Source: a virus
Taxonomy: Duplodnaviria; Caudoviricetes
Direction: 5' to 3' (one strand)
IMG/VR virus record: IMGVR_UViG_3300027542_000004
Coordinates: 1-64,000 of that record
Length of the DNA: 64,000 nt
The translations under genes and the position numbers were made by a program. The notes beneath the pieces are model-generated. The model had not been told where the DNA came from and did no database searches. It saw nothing but the letters and a program-made list of their open reading frames with translations. Below, piece by piece: positions 1-9,869 of the stretch; position 1 is the first letter of the stretch; every line of letters begins with the position of its first letter.

Positions 1-46
1 TTCAATGGCAAATGGCTGGCAAGAGACACTGCCGGAAGGGCATGAA

Positions 47-80
47 AAAACCTCAGAACTGTCTGACAGTCTGAGGTTTT
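47..80. terminator. Inverted repeat, probable host terminator downstream of the tRNA 3' end (minus strand)
   Basis: AAAACCTCAGA...TCTGAGGTTTT, 11-bp stem with A/T tails. Confidence 0.6.
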
Positions 81-113
81 AAGGTTTTGCGGACTTTTTT
101 ATGATCCGTGGGT

Positions 114-127
114 TGCGGAAAGACAGG
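114..127 (-). mobile_element. Probable prophage att core (duplicated 3' end of a host tRNA, likely tRNA-Ser)
   Basis: Minus strand reads CCTGTCTTTCCGCA, resembling a T-stem/acceptor 3' end as I recall it for Bacteroidales tRNA-Ser; ~110 bp beyond the integrase stop. Confidence 0.6.
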
Positions 128-235
128 TACTCTACCACATTTTTCCACTTTCTCGCGCTTATTTCTACACCGAAGCATATCACTGATTTATTGTTTTCTT
201 CCATTATTAAAACTTGCATACACTTTCACACAATA

Positions 236-1633
236 TCAATTTTCTGCCCCACTTTTTGCCCCACGATTATTTTTAACAGATTCATCACCATCTACCCCAA
301 ATTTTTCTATTCGGTTGAAAGCGGTCATAGCGGAACGTCTAACATCATCCGCAATATCAAGGTAAGGCTTCATCGTTGCGTAATCTGAATGACCAGTCCA
401 TTTCATCACGATATTGGTAGGAATACCAAGCATGATGGCATTGCAGACAAAAGTACGCCGGGCGCAGTGTGTTGACAGAAGTTCATATTTCTTATACGTC
501 TTGTCATATCGTTTTGTTCCTTTATACCTCGTTATGGTAATTGGCGCATCGATTCCACAAATCTTACCCATCTCTTTAAGGTAATCATTCATCTTCTGAT
601 TGGTAATAACCGGCAAAGCCTTGTCATCGGGGAATGGAATATCAGCATACTTATCCAGTATGGCGCGTGAATACCTATTAAGTTCTATCGTCAGAGAGTC
701 ATGCGTCTTGATGGTGGTGATATGAATTTCAGTATCCGTGATGTTTGACCGGCGGAGATTATAAACATCGGAATACCTTAAAGACGTAAAACAGCAGAAA
801 CAGAAAACATCCCGGACTTGTGAAAGATAGTTTTTTTGACCGAAATCAAAATCATACACTTTCATCAGTTCATCCTTAGTAAGAAAGATGACAGGTTTCT
901 CAGCCGTTTTTAACTTCACTTTCTGATATAGGAAAGGTGAAGCATCGCAATAGCCATGCTCCTGCGCCCATCTCAAGAATACTTTTACAAATGCAATATC
1001 ATTCTTGATGGTAGTATTGGCAAGACCTTTATTCTTGAAATTGTCAAGAACTTTCCCAAAATGCTCAATGAAAAGATTGACTCCACCTTTAATAATGTCA
1101 TTCAATGATAATTTAGGCGATATACTGCGAAGATGTTTTCTTATGGTTCTACATTTTACCAGAGTTCCCTCACTCCATCGTCCGCTTGTAGTACCATCCT
1201 TAATAAATTCATCATATATCTTAAAGAGCGGTTCATCGGCAGGATTAGCTTCCTTTTCTTTTTCAATGTATTTTTCAGGATTAACCTGTCTGTCGTATGC
1301 TTCCGAAAACTCTTCTTTTGTTGGTATGTGGTCAGCTTCTTCAAAACGCATAAAGATGGAGTTAATCAAATCCTCCATATCTTGTAGGTCTTTGTTTATA
1401 ACTGATGCCGGTGTCTTATTCTTTCCATGTGTGCTTTTCGCCTTGCAGCGTTGTATTGATTTCTCCCAGTTATCAGGATTGACATTGTGATTTACACTCA
1501 AGCGCACACGTTGACCCTGCCAGACGATAACACACCTTACGCGACCCTCCGGCTTCTTATTCTTCTTTTCCGCTGTTTCCGGTTTCTTCTTTACTTCTAC
1601 ACCAAAAGATATACTACGCTTGATTGCTATCAT
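236..1633 (-). CDS. int: Tyrosine site-specific integrase
   Basis: Catalytic motifs LRYSD, KT, HCARR, GH, Y; N-terminal arm-binding region. Confidence 0.95.
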   Translation of the reverse strand: MIAIKRSISFGVEVKKKPETAEKKNKKPEGRVRCVIVWQGQRVRLSVNHNVNPDNWEKSIQRCKAKSTHGKNKTPASVINKDLQDMEDLINSIFMRFEEADHIPTKEEFSEAYDRQVNPEKYIEKEKEANPADEPLFKIYDEFIKDGTTSGRWSEGTLVKCRTIRKHLRSISPKLSLNDIIKGGVNLFIEHFGKVLDNFKNKGLANTTIKNDIAFVKVFLRWAQEHGYCDASPFLYQKVKLKTAEKPVIFLTKDELMKVYDFDFGQKNYLSQVRDVFCFCCFTSLRYSDVYNLRRSNITDTEIHITTIKTHDSLTIELNRYSRAILDKYADIPFPDDKALPVITNQKMNDYLKEMGKICGIDAPITITRYKGTKRYDKTYKKYELLSTHCARRTFVCNAIMLGIPTNIVMKWTGHSDYATMKPYLDIADDVRRSAMTAFNRIEKFGVDGDESVKNNRGAKSGAEN

Positions 1634-1638
1634 AGACC

Positions 1639-2280
1639 TTACACCTTATTTATATCATTCGCCTGTGGATAGATGTAGCCAAGCACGTAAAACATCCTGC
1701 TGACCGAATCAATGGGGATTTCAAAAGGCTCATAAATCATTTTCCCGTCCGGATATGTAGCACAGTTTGAAGAATACAAAGCGATGTGAGCATTATCCTT
1801 TCCTTTCTGCAACCTTTTTACTGTAACAAATTCATTAGTTTCTATAAGGTAGTTATTGCCCGGTATTAACAACTTCATATCCATTACGCGCTTCATAACA
1901 AGTATGCAGCCTACTGGATACTCAGCCATGCTATCACTTGTATTCCTAATAGCTATTTCCGCTTTGGGAAAACAAGACCCCACATTTATATAGTCTGGAG
2001 AAGATTTGCTATCGGTTATTTCTTCAACCGAATTGAACATTGCAATCATCCCCTCTGCTTCTTTATGCGTCATCGGCCCACTCTCAAACATTAGCCATTC
2101 CTTGCGTATCTCAGGAAATGCCTCAATAATCTTGTTGGCAAGTTTCATGCTTATACCATGTCGGCCTCCCCGGATGTCTGTAAAAGTTTGCGCAGAAGCA
2201 ATCCCCACTTTATCTGCAAGGTCTTTCCACGTTAATCCGGTCATTTGCTGGATTTCGATAAGTTTTTCTCCGTCAGTCAT
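1639..2280 (-). CDS. CI-like repressor (XRE HTH plus S24-like domain)
   Basis: HTH LTWKDLADKVGIASAQTF; C-terminal SDSM...TVKRL; divergent from early operon. Confidence 0.8.
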   Translation of the reverse strand: MTDGEKLIEIQQMTGLTWKDLADKVGIASAQTFTDIRGGRHGISMKLANKIIEAFPEIRKEWLMFESGPMTHKEAEGMIAMFNSVEEITDSKSSPDYINVGSCFPKAEIAIRNTSDSMAEYPVGCILVMKRVMDMKLLIPGNNYLIETNEFVTVKRLQKGKDNAHIALYSSNCATYPDGKMIYEPFEIPIDSVSRMFYVLGYIYPQANDINKV

Positions 2281-2400
2281 AATGTTAACGATTGTTAAAT
2301 ACTGATTTTACTATTGCTTCAATCAGTATTTTGTTGTACTTTTGCAGTGTCAATACTGATTAACTACTTAATCAATCAATGTAAAAACAATGATTAAATA
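2281..2400. promoter_or_regulatory. Divergent immunity promoters with repeated AATACTGAT operator-like sites
   Basis: TACTTTTG -7-like element near 2338; AATACTGAT at ~2298, ~2352 and inverted at ~2322. Confidence 0.55.
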
Positions 2401-2665
2401 CTTAATCGGCATTACAGATGCAAAGTTAATACTTATTTTTGAAATAAGCCAAATGGAACAGAGAAAAATTAAGCGTGGCGACCGATTGCAAGTTGCTCTT
2501 TTAGAGTTGAATGTGGGGGAATCAGTAAAAGTACCTTACCGGCACTATTCTGAAAACTCTATACGGTCAACTGTAACGCAACTCAAGAAAGGCAGCGAAG
2601 ACCCTATTGGGTATGATATAGATGCGCGGTCTAACGTAGCCGCCATTATAACACGTACTCAGTAA
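2390..2665 (+). CDS. Small DNA-binding protein in Cro-like position (start may be 2453)
   Basis: ORF position opposite the repressor. Confidence 0.5.
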   Translation: MIKYLIGITDAKLILIFEISQMEQRKIKRGDRLQVALLELNVGESVKVPYRHYSENSIRSTVTQLKKGSEDPIGYDIDARSNVAAIITRTQ

Positions 2666-2667
2666 TT

Positions 2668-2991
2668 ATGGAAAATGTAGGAACATTTACTATTGGTCTT
2701 GACACCCCTATTCATCTGCTGACACCCCGACAATTATTTGAAATGTTGGGCGAATGGCAAGCAAAGACAAAACAAGTAGAAGAAAAACCCCAGAAGCCTG
2801 AGCGATGGTATGCAAATAGCATTGGTGAACTTGCTGAAATCCTCGGAACATCGGAATCAACAGTCTATCGTATGAAAGCAAACGGAGTGCTTGATGACTG
2901 CATCAGCCAATATGGGCGATGGATGATGATAGATGTAAACAAGGTGTTTGAGAAGTTCAAGCTATCCAACAGGCGTAGGAAAAAGAAATAG
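2668..2991 (+). CDS. Excisionase-like HTH protein (DUF3853-like)
   Basis: SIGELAEILGTSESTVYRMKANG motif. Confidence 0.7.
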   Translation: MENVGTFTIGLDTPIHLLTPRQLFEMLGEWQAKTKQVEEKPQKPERWYANSIGELAEILGTSESTVYRMKANGVLDDCISQYGRWMMIDVNKVFEKFKLSNRRRKKK

Positions 2992-3076
2992 GATGAGCCA
3001 AGAGAGGCAGTCCTTTGGCGAAAGCCATAAACATCAACATTCTAACGCCCGGTTTATGCAAGCAGCCGGGCAACTT

Positions 3077-3200
3077 GAAGACATAGCGAAAATTGGTAGG
3101 CGCATCACTTATTCAACATAAAGCCCGTAGTCGGGAGGTGCCGAGTGGATAAGGAAGTATGGTAGGCGATACAATGTGGGTTCGACTCCCACTGTCTTCA
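3077..3200 (+). ncRNA. tRNA-like RNA with expanded anticodon arm
   Basis: Acceptor GAAGACA/TGTCTTC+A, D arm GCG..TGGTA..CGC, T arm GTGGG-TTCGACT-CCCAC; ~70 nt between D and T arms. Confidence 0.65.
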
Positions 3201-3250
3201 CTAATGCAAGGCCGGAAGCAGTAAGACGGCATTAAAAAACATTCTTCATT

Positions 3251-4207
3251 ATGATAGAAGAAATTCAGGGATATGAGGTCGCCCGTCTGAATGACCCTAC
3301 GCCAGCGCAGTTGGTTGAAACCATCGACCATTCGGAACGCGCAAACATTGATATGCAGGTAGCAACTGCGCATCAGTATCCACGAAGCATCAGCCGTTGC
3401 GTGAACAATTCTATCGCCATAGCAACGATGGATATGGAAACGGCACAGTCGTGCGGATATGCTCTCCCCCGTGGTGGCAAACCTATTACCGGCCCATCGG
3501 TGCATCTTGCAAAAATTATCGCACAGCAATACGGCAATATGCGAGCCGAGGCGCGTGTGGTTAATGTGACCGCGACACAGGTCGTTTCACGCGGCACCGC
3601 TTGGGATTTGGAAAACAACTATGCCGTAGCCTTTGAGGTGCGTAGGTCTATCCTTACTTCAAAAGGTGGTCGTTTTTCGGAAGACATGATAACCGTTACT
3701 GGCAATGCGGCAAATGCAATCGCTTTTCGTAATGCGATTTTCACCCTTGTACCTAAAGCTATCACCGACAAGGTGTATAAGGCAGCGCAGAATCTTATCA
3801 CGGGTGATTTATCTGACGAGGAAAAACTCGTCAAGCGTCGCGCAGGTGCAATCAAGCATTTCAATGATATGTACGGCATATCAGAGGAAGAGGTTGTCAA
3901 GTTGTGTGGCAAGCATACCATCAATCAGATTCAGGCAAATGAAATTGCCCTATTGCTTGGAATCGTTCAGTCACTCAAAGACGGTGATACAACCATTGAA
4001 GAGGTGATGGCTCCTATTCGGAATAGCAAGGAAGCAAAATCAAGCAAGCTCAACGACATTGCCAGCCGTGCAGCCAAAGGCAAAAACAAGCAATCTGCCC
4101 CGGCTGAATCAGAACAGCCGCAGAACGCCCCCACTGAACACGTAGATGAAGAAACGGGCGAAGTGAAAGAAGATGGCATTTTCTCAGCACCCAACCCTGA
4201 AATTTAA
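3251..4207 (+). CDS. Putative single-strand annealing/recombination protein
   Basis: 318 aa ORF next to YqaJ exonuclease and SSB-like gene; acidic tail. Confidence 0.5.
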   Translation: MIEEIQGYEVARLNDPTPAQLVETIDHSERANIDMQVATAHQYPRSISRCVNNSIAIATMDMETAQSCGYALPRGGKPITGPSVHLAKIIAQQYGNMRAEARVVNVTATQVVSRGTAWDLENNYAVAFEVRRSILTSKGGRFSEDMITVTGNAANAIAFRNAIFTLVPKAITDKVYKAAQNLITGDLSDEEKLVKRRAGAIKHFNDMYGISEEEVVKLCGKHTINQIQANEIALLLGIVQSLKDGDTTIEEVMAPIRNSKEAKSSKLNDIASRAAKGKNKQSAPAESEQPQNAPTEHVDEETGEVKEDGIFSAPNPEI

Positions 4208-4212
4208 GTATC

Positions 4213-4917
4213 ATGGCAAATATAAACTTTAATCAGGAACAGCGCAGTTTGGACTGGTACCGCGCTCGCTTAGGCTACATTACCGGTAGTCAGGTAGGTT
4301 CGCTTATGAAAAGCGGACGTGCAAAGGATAAGGTTTTCAGTGAAACCGCTCTGACATACCTTTATCAACTTGCAGGGGAACGCTCCCTTAATCCCGAAAT
4401 CGTGAAAGATGACAATATGTTTTCTTTCTACATCGACACCACCACATCAACCTCTAAGGCTATGCGCTTCGGCACTGAGCAGGAGGAACACGCCCGAAAC
4501 ACATATATACAAATCACCGGGCGCGAAGTCAAGGAGGTGGGTCTTTGCAAGCATCCCAAAATCCCATTTTTGGCTTCATCGCCTGACGGAATTACAAGCG
4601 ATAAAAACGAGGTGGGTTGTGTAGAAATCAAATGCCCCACATTGTCAACTTATAGCAAATATGTTGCTGAAATCCACGATAACGAATCACTGAAAAAAGT
4701 CAATCCTGACTATTTCTACCAGTGCCAGAACCACATGGCTTGCACCAACACCTCTTTTTGCGACTTCATTGCCTTTTGTCCTTTTGTGGAGAATCCTATC
4801 CACATTGTACGCATCACACGCGATAATGACGAAATCGCCCTCATTGAGGAACGTGTCGCACTTGCAGAAGACGTAATCAAAGCAAACTATTCACAACTTA
4901 ATCCCCAAAGAGCATAA
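4213..4917 (+). CDS. YqaJ/lambda-type exonuclease
   Basis: W..AR.G.ITGS, SPDG, EIKCP, YQ.Q motifs. Confidence 0.9.
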   Translation: MANINFNQEQRSLDWYRARLGYITGSQVGSLMKSGRAKDKVFSETALTYLYQLAGERSLNPEIVKDDNMFSFYIDTTTSTSKAMRFGTEQEEHARNTYIQITGREVKEVGLCKHPKIPFLASSPDGITSDKNEVGCVEIKCPTLSTYSKYVAEIHDNESLKKVNPDYFYQCQNHMACTNTSFCDFIAFCPFVENPIHIVRITRDNDEIALIEERVALAEDVIKANYSQLNPQRA

Positions 4918-4919
4918 TC

Positions 4920-5249
4920 ATGGCAGATAACAACACTTTTCTTACGGGCAGCATTTGTCTTACTGACATACCCGTAAGCCAGATGAAAAAAGTAATGTGC
5001 AAAGACGGTAAGGAACGTGTGTTTCTTAATGTCGCAATCTTCGCAAAGAAGCAGCCTCAGACTTTTGGCGACCGCACATATACCCACTTTATATCCTGCG
5101 CACCTAAGAAAGAGGAGCGCATAGAGGGTGAAAACTACATCATGGGCGACCTTGAAACAAGGTCATCCAAACCTCAGACACCGACAACGGAAGACGTTGC
5201 AAATGCTCCCAGCTTCGCACCAAACGAAAAACCAGACCTACCATTCTAA
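4920..5249 (+). CDS. SSB-like protein
   Basis: Small beta-rich ORF ending in DLPF. Confidence 0.55.
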   Translation: MADNNTFLTGSICLTDIPVSQMKKVMCKDGKERVFLNVAIFAKKQPQTFGDRTYTHFISCAPKKEERIEGENYIMGDLETRSSKPQTPTTEDVANAPSFAPNEKPDLPF

Positions 5250-5310
5250 GAATCACTTTCACTCGGCTATATCGTGGCAAACCCACGGTATAGCCATAAA
5301 TAAACATAGA

Positions 5311-6897
5311 ATGAACTCAGCTTTATTAACTGATGGCTATAAATTAGACCATCGCAGACAATATCCGGCAGGAACGGAATATGTCTATTCAAACTGGACT
5401 CCACGCAGTAACGAGTATCTCAAGGAAGCCGAAGATGGTGCAGTGGTGTTCGGTATTCAGTATTTCATCAAGAAATATCTGATAGAGAACTTCAATCGCC
5501 ACTTCTTTAACAAGCCGGAAGATGAGGCAGTCGCATCATTCAAACGCCGCATCGATACATTTCTTGGCAAGAATGAGGTCGGCAAGGAACATATAAGGGA
5601 GCTTCATAAACTTGGCTATCTGCCTATCAAGATGAAATCACTCCCGGAGGGTTCTATATGCCCCATTCGTGTGCCGATGGTCACAGTTATCAACACAAAC
5701 CCCAAATTCTTCTGGCTTACCAATTATTTGGAAACCATCATGTCTTGTGAGTTCTGGCTCCCAATGACATCAGCCACTATCGCCCGTATCTACCGCAAGG
5801 AACTTGAACGTCATGCCGAAAAGACCGGCTTCACACCTGACGTTAATCTTGGTTTTCTGTGCCACGATTTTTCAATGCGTGGAATGGCAGGTCTTGAAGC
5901 CGCTATTACAAGCGGTATGGGTCATCTGACATCATTCGTAGGCAGTGAAACACTCCCGGCTATTGATGCGGTAGAAGAATACTACAACGCAGATGCGGAA
6001 AAGGAAATCATCGCAATGACTGTACCAGCATCGGAACATAGCGTTATGTGTGCCGGTGGCAAAGATGATGAAATCGGCACATTCAAAAGGTTTCTTACTG
6101 AAATCTATCCCACAGGCTTTTGCAGCATCGTAAGCGACACATGGGATTTATGGCAAGTCGTTACTGACTTCTTGCCACGCCTCAAGGACATCATAATGAA
6201 TCGGGATGGTCGTTTGGTCGTTCGCCCCGACAGTGGAAACCCAGTAGATATTATCTGTGGTGTCAATCCGGAAGACTGCGTTGAAATCAATGGTAAAGAG
6301 TACCATATCCCCGGTGTAATGAGGGATGCGCAGTATTCTGAATCAATTCAAGATGCTATCAGATGCTATCCTAATGACCCTGTTTATATGGCGATGGAAG
6401 TATCACCTGCTGAAAAGAAAGGTGTGTATGAACTTCTGTGGGATATATTCGGTGGAATTACCAACGAAAAGGGTTACAAAGTCCTTGATACCCACATCGG
6501 AGTCATCTATGGGGACAGCATCACTATCGAACGTCAGAAAGAAATCTATCGCAGACTTGAAGCAAAAGGTTTTGCAGCCACAAATCTCGTTTTGGGAATT
6601 GGCTCTTATACCTATCAATATCGCACCCGTGATAGCCTCGGCTTCGCTATGAAAGCAACATGGTGTCAAGTGAATGGCGAACCGCGAGAAATCTTCAAAT
6701 CGCCCAAAACTGATAGTGGAATGAAGAAGTCACTCAAGGGGCTTATCCGCGTTGACAAGGACGAAAACGGCAAATTCTATGCTACCGATTGTGTAAGCAA
6801 AGAACAGGAAGCAGGTGGTTGCCTTGAAACCGTCTTTGAAGACGGAAAGCTCGTAAAAGAAGTTTCATTTTCAGAAATCCGTGAAAGACTATGTTAA
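5311..6897 (+). CDS. Nicotinamide phosphoribosyltransferase-family protein (Namat-like, NARP1)
   Basis: TDGYK..H..QYP, HDFSMRG, PASEHS, VSDTWD, RPDSG, YGDSIT motifs. Confidence 0.9.
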   Translation: MNSALLTDGYKLDHRRQYPAGTEYVYSNWTPRSNEYLKEAEDGAVVFGIQYFIKKYLIENFNRHFFNKPEDEAVASFKRRIDTFLGKNEVGKEHIRELHKLGYLPIKMKSLPEGSICPIRVPMVTVINTNPKFFWLTNYLETIMSCEFWLPMTSATIARIYRKELERHAEKTGFTPDVNLGFLCHDFSMRGMAGLEAAITSGMGHLTSFVGSETLPAIDAVEEYYNADAEKEIIAMTVPASEHSVMCAGGKDDEIGTFKRFLTEIYPTGFCSIVSDTWDLWQVVTDFLPRLKDIIMNRDGRLVVRPDSGNPVDIICGVNPEDCVEINGKEYHIPGVMRDAQYSESIQDAIRCYPNDPVYMAMEVSPAEKKGVYELLWDIFGGITNEKGYKVLDTHIGVIYGDSITIERQKEIYRRLEAKGFAATNLVLGIGSYTYQYRTRDSLGFAMKATWCQVNGEPREIFKSPKTDSGMKKSLKGLIRVDKDENGKFYATDCVSKEQEAGGCLETVFEDGKLVKEVSFSEIRERLC

Positions 6898-7721
6898 TAG
6901 ATGGTATGCAGGTAATCAACATTACCAATCAGACCGGGTGTAAAATCACCACATTTCCCGATGGGGAAAAGCACGTCACAGTTGATGAACTGAACCGCAG
7001 AATCCCAGTGTCAATCTTTTGCCGTATAGCTTGTGCAGATGACCTTTTCTGCCTTATGCAAGTTGCTGATGTTGTCAAGCGTCAGGAAATGATTATTGAC
7101 AACCTTTTCATTGGCTACCTTATGACAATGAGATGCGACCGCCTATTTGACATCAACCGCCCGTTTTCGCTTAAACTGGTTGCGAACATCATCAATGATA
7201 TAGGCGCAAAGCGTGTAAACATCGTGGAACCTCATTCAATGGCTTCTATGCTACTTATAAAGGATTCTGTCGGCATCCTTTCTACCGCTGAGTTCTTTAT
7301 CAGAGAGATTCGTAATTCAAAGGAAAGGAATCTTGATGTAGTGCCGGTTCTACCTGACAGCGGTGCAGTAAGCCGATACCGGTTAATGATGCCCTATGTA
7401 GTTTGCAACAAAGAGCGTGACCCGGAAACAGGTAAACTACTGTCATTTTCTGTAAACGCAGGGGATGTGGATTGCAAAAACAAAGATTTGGTTCTGCTTG
7501 ATGACCTTTGCGATGGTGGCGGAACTTTTGTAGGTCTTGCACCTAAACTCCGCGAACTTGCCCCGAAATCCTTATCGCTTCTTGTTACCCACGCTATTCA
7601 GCTTGAGGGTATCAAGAAAGTTGCCGAAGCCTATGATAATGTGTTTATCACTAACTCCTACAAGGAGTGGGAAGATGAGCCATTACCCGAAAATGTAACC
7701 GTCTTTAAGGTCTTCAAATGA
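6891..7721 (+). CDS. PRPP synthetase-family protein (Adps-like, NARP1)
   Basis: FPDGE, R.DR, PD.GA, LDDLCDGGGTF, VTH motifs. Confidence 0.9.
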   Translation: MLIDGMQVINITNQTGCKITTFPDGEKHVTVDELNRRIPVSIFCRIACADDLFCLMQVADVVKRQEMIIDNLFIGYLMTMRCDRLFDINRPFSLKLVANIINDIGAKRVNIVEPHSMASMLLIKDSVGILSTAEFFIREIRNSKERNLDVVPVLPDSGAVSRYRLMMPYVVCNKERDPETGKLLSFSVNAGDVDCKNKDLVLLDDLCDGGGTFVGLAPKLRELAPKSLSLLVTHAIQLEGIKKVAEAYDNVFITNSYKEWEDEPLPENVTVFKVFK

Positions 7722-7987
7722 AAGGATTCTTTAGAAGATGGAAACGTAAAAAGTCAGAAGCACCTGCCAATCCTAAACCAGTTGCTCAATTCAGTGTGAC
7801 CATTTATAAGGATTGTGCCGAATTTCACATTGATGGTGACGAGGTTAAGATTGGTAGTGCGCTTGTGACTCTCCTACTGAATAATCAGTATGCCCACAAG
7901 ATTATTATTAACTCTGTCATTTCAGCGGAAAAGGAGCGTGAAAGACAACGTGCCTATGCTGAAATGATGGCAATAAATCTGAACTAA
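7718..7987 (+). CDS. Hypothetical protein
   Basis: Coupled ORF in early operon. Confidence 0.6.
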   Translation: MKGFFRRWKRKKSEAPANPKPVAQFSVTIYKDCAEFHIDGDEVKIGSALVTLLLNNQYAHKIIINSVISAEKERERQRAYAEMMAINLN

Positions 7988-7988
7988 T

Positions 7989-8408
7989 ATGTTTTTTGAA
8001 GCAAAAATCAAAGTAGAAAAGACCCTTGATAGTGGTGAAGTAAAGGAAGTTACGGAGCATTTCATTCTGGATGCAGAACTGTTTGGCGAAGCGGAAAAGA
8101 TTATGTTTGAGGAGTATCCCAATCATAAGGTTGATGTTTTTGCCATCTACCGTAGCAAAATCCGGGAAATAATCAATCAGAAAGAAGATGACAAGCCTTT
8201 CTTCAAGGCTACCGTTATAGACATCTTTACAGATGAAGTGACCGGCAAGGAAAAGGAAACGAAATATGAAATCCTTGTATGCGCTGAGAGCGTGGCAGAA
8301 GCGACCGCCATAACCAATGAATATCTCAAGCAAGGATATGACCTGCGTCTGGACGAAATCAAGCGTGTTAAAATCGTCGATTATATCCAATATAAGCCGG
8401 CAGCATAA
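7989..8408 (+). CDS. DUF4494-like protein
   Basis: FEAKIK...KEVTE..ILDA..F.EAE and repeated half. Confidence 0.65.
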   Translation: MFFEAKIKVEKTLDSGEVKEVTEHFILDAELFGEAEKIMFEEYPNHKVDVFAIYRSKIREIINQKEDDKPFFKATVIDIFTDEVTGKEKETKYEILVCAESVAEATAITNEYLKQGYDLRLDEIKRVKIVDYIQYKPAA

Positions 8409-8420
8409 TCAGTCATCGCC

Positions 8421-9260
8421 ATGAACCCAAGTCAATCCGAAATAGGTTGGATACGCCTTTATCGTAAGATAACGGAATGGCGATGGTATGGTGTGCCTAA
8501 TATGATGGCTGTGTTCATCCATCTACTTATCAGCGCGAACCACAAAGACGGATATTGCTACGGATTTGAGGTTAAGAGGGGTCAGCTTCTGACCTCTCAA
8601 GCTAAGATAATGGAACGGATAGACATCAAGCGTGGTGCATTACGTGAATGTTTGGATAAGTTAGTGGCATCAGGTGAAATCGTCATTGTTACAACCAACA
8701 AACATTCACTAATAACTATTTGCAATTATGATAGTTATCAAGGCGGTGAGGACAATTACAACCAACAAACCGCCAACAAACCGCCAACAGAAAACCGTCA
8801 GACCGTACCTCAAGACATACCTCAATCCGACCCTCCAACCGCCACAAACAATAATAATAAGAATAAAAAGAATGATAAGAATGAAAGAATGGAAGAAGAG
8901 GAAAAAGAGAGTAAAACTCTCCAAAAGGCGAAAGAAGATTTTGATGCTTTTCGCAAAGCATATCCCGGCACTAAGCGAGGATTGACTACGGAATTTGAAA
9001 ATTTCAAGCGAAAACATAAAGACTGGCGCGATGTAATCCCGCTTCTGCTCCCTGCGGCTAAGGCGTATGCTGAACAGACAAGGGGAACACCAAAAGAATA
9101 TATCAAGCATCTCCAGACGTGGATAAATAACCGCTGCTGGGAAACCGAATATCAACCCAATAAACAACCCATCTATGGAATCAATAGACCTTATCAACCA
9201 AATGGTGTATCTCCAGCCGACAATGGCCTCAAGATGCCAGACGGAAGTCAAATCCACTAA
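8421..9260 (+). CDS. Replication initiator (lambda O-like) with internal iterons
   Basis: GWIRLYRKI.EW.WY, RGQL; internal AACCGCCA repeats then A-rich tract; C-terminal F...YP..K and TWIN..CW. Confidence 0.8.
   Translation: MNPSQSEIGWIRLYRKITEWRWYGVPNMMAVFIHLLISANHKDGYCYGFEVKRGQLLTSQAKIMERIDIKRGALRECLDKLVASGEIVIVTTNKHSLITICNYDSYQGGEDNYNQQTANKPPTENRQTVPQDIPQSDPPTATNNNNKNKKNDKNERMEEEEKESKTLQKAKEDFDAFRKAYPGTKRGLTTEFENFKRKHKDWRDVIPLLLPAAKAYAEQTRGTPKEYIKHLQTWINNRCWETEYQPNKQPIYGINRPYQPNGVSPADNGLKMPDGSQIH
8755..8910 (+). repeat. Probable replication origin (iterons plus A-rich tract) inside initiator gene
   Basis: CAAACCGCCAA tandem copies, AACCGCCACAAAC, followed by purine/A-rich run. Confidence 0.55.
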
Positions 9261-9861
9261 GGCGTTGTTTCTTGACTGCATAAAGTCATATTGCAAGGAT
9301 TTCGTTGTGGATGACAGAAACAAGCAAGTCGTTACCGACCTCTTTCATTGGTGCATCCGTGATAAGAAAGGCGCATATAATCCTGAAAAGGGATTGTGGA
9401 TATATGGCAATATCGGTACAGGCAAAAGCACCCTGATGAAAGCCATCCTGCTATTCGTCACAAAGTATTGGCTTCGGGATAGCGGTGAGGGTGTAAAGCC
9501 TAAATGGGTTAATGTACCAACATTCTGTGGAACATACGCCACTGACGGATTTTCGGTGTTTGATTCAATCCCTATGGGTTTTGATGAATTGGGTACTGAA
9601 ATAGCCCCTACAAACCACGTAGGCAATAAACTGAACGTTGTGGCGCATCTGATAAATACTATCTACGACAACAGAAGTGACATCCCTAAAATTATAACTA
9701 CCAACAGTTCATTATCCGGAATACTCAGTCTTTATGGCCCAAGAACAGTTGACCGAGTGGCACAACTTTTCAATCTTGTGGAACTGAAAGGAATGTCAAG
9801 GCGTGGCACTGAGGATATTTGGAAAATGATTCAAAAAGAACAAAACAAAGACAAGGAGTAA
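9175..9861 (+). CDS. DnaC-like P-loop ATPase (start uncertain)
   Basis: Walker A GNIGTGKS, FDELG.E, ITTN, SRR. Confidence 0.8.
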   Translation: MESIDLINQMVYLQPTMASRCQTEVKSTKALFLDCIKSYCKDFVVDDRNKQVVTDLFHWCIRDKKGAYNPEKGLWIYGNIGTGKSTLMKAILLFVTKYWLRDSGEGVKPKWVNVPTFCGTYATDGFSVFDSIPMGFDELGTEIAPTNHVGNKLNVVAHLINTIYDNRSDIPKIITTNSSLSGILSLYGPRTVDRVAQLFNLVELKGMSRRGTEDIWKMIQKEQNKDKE

Positions 9862-9869
9862 CAATCTCT

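Noticed and set aside
5128-5310. Longer N-terminal extensions in the ORF track (e.g. 5128, 38077, 35718, 56821)
   Set aside because: They overlap upstream genes; downstream ATGs with proper leaders fit better.
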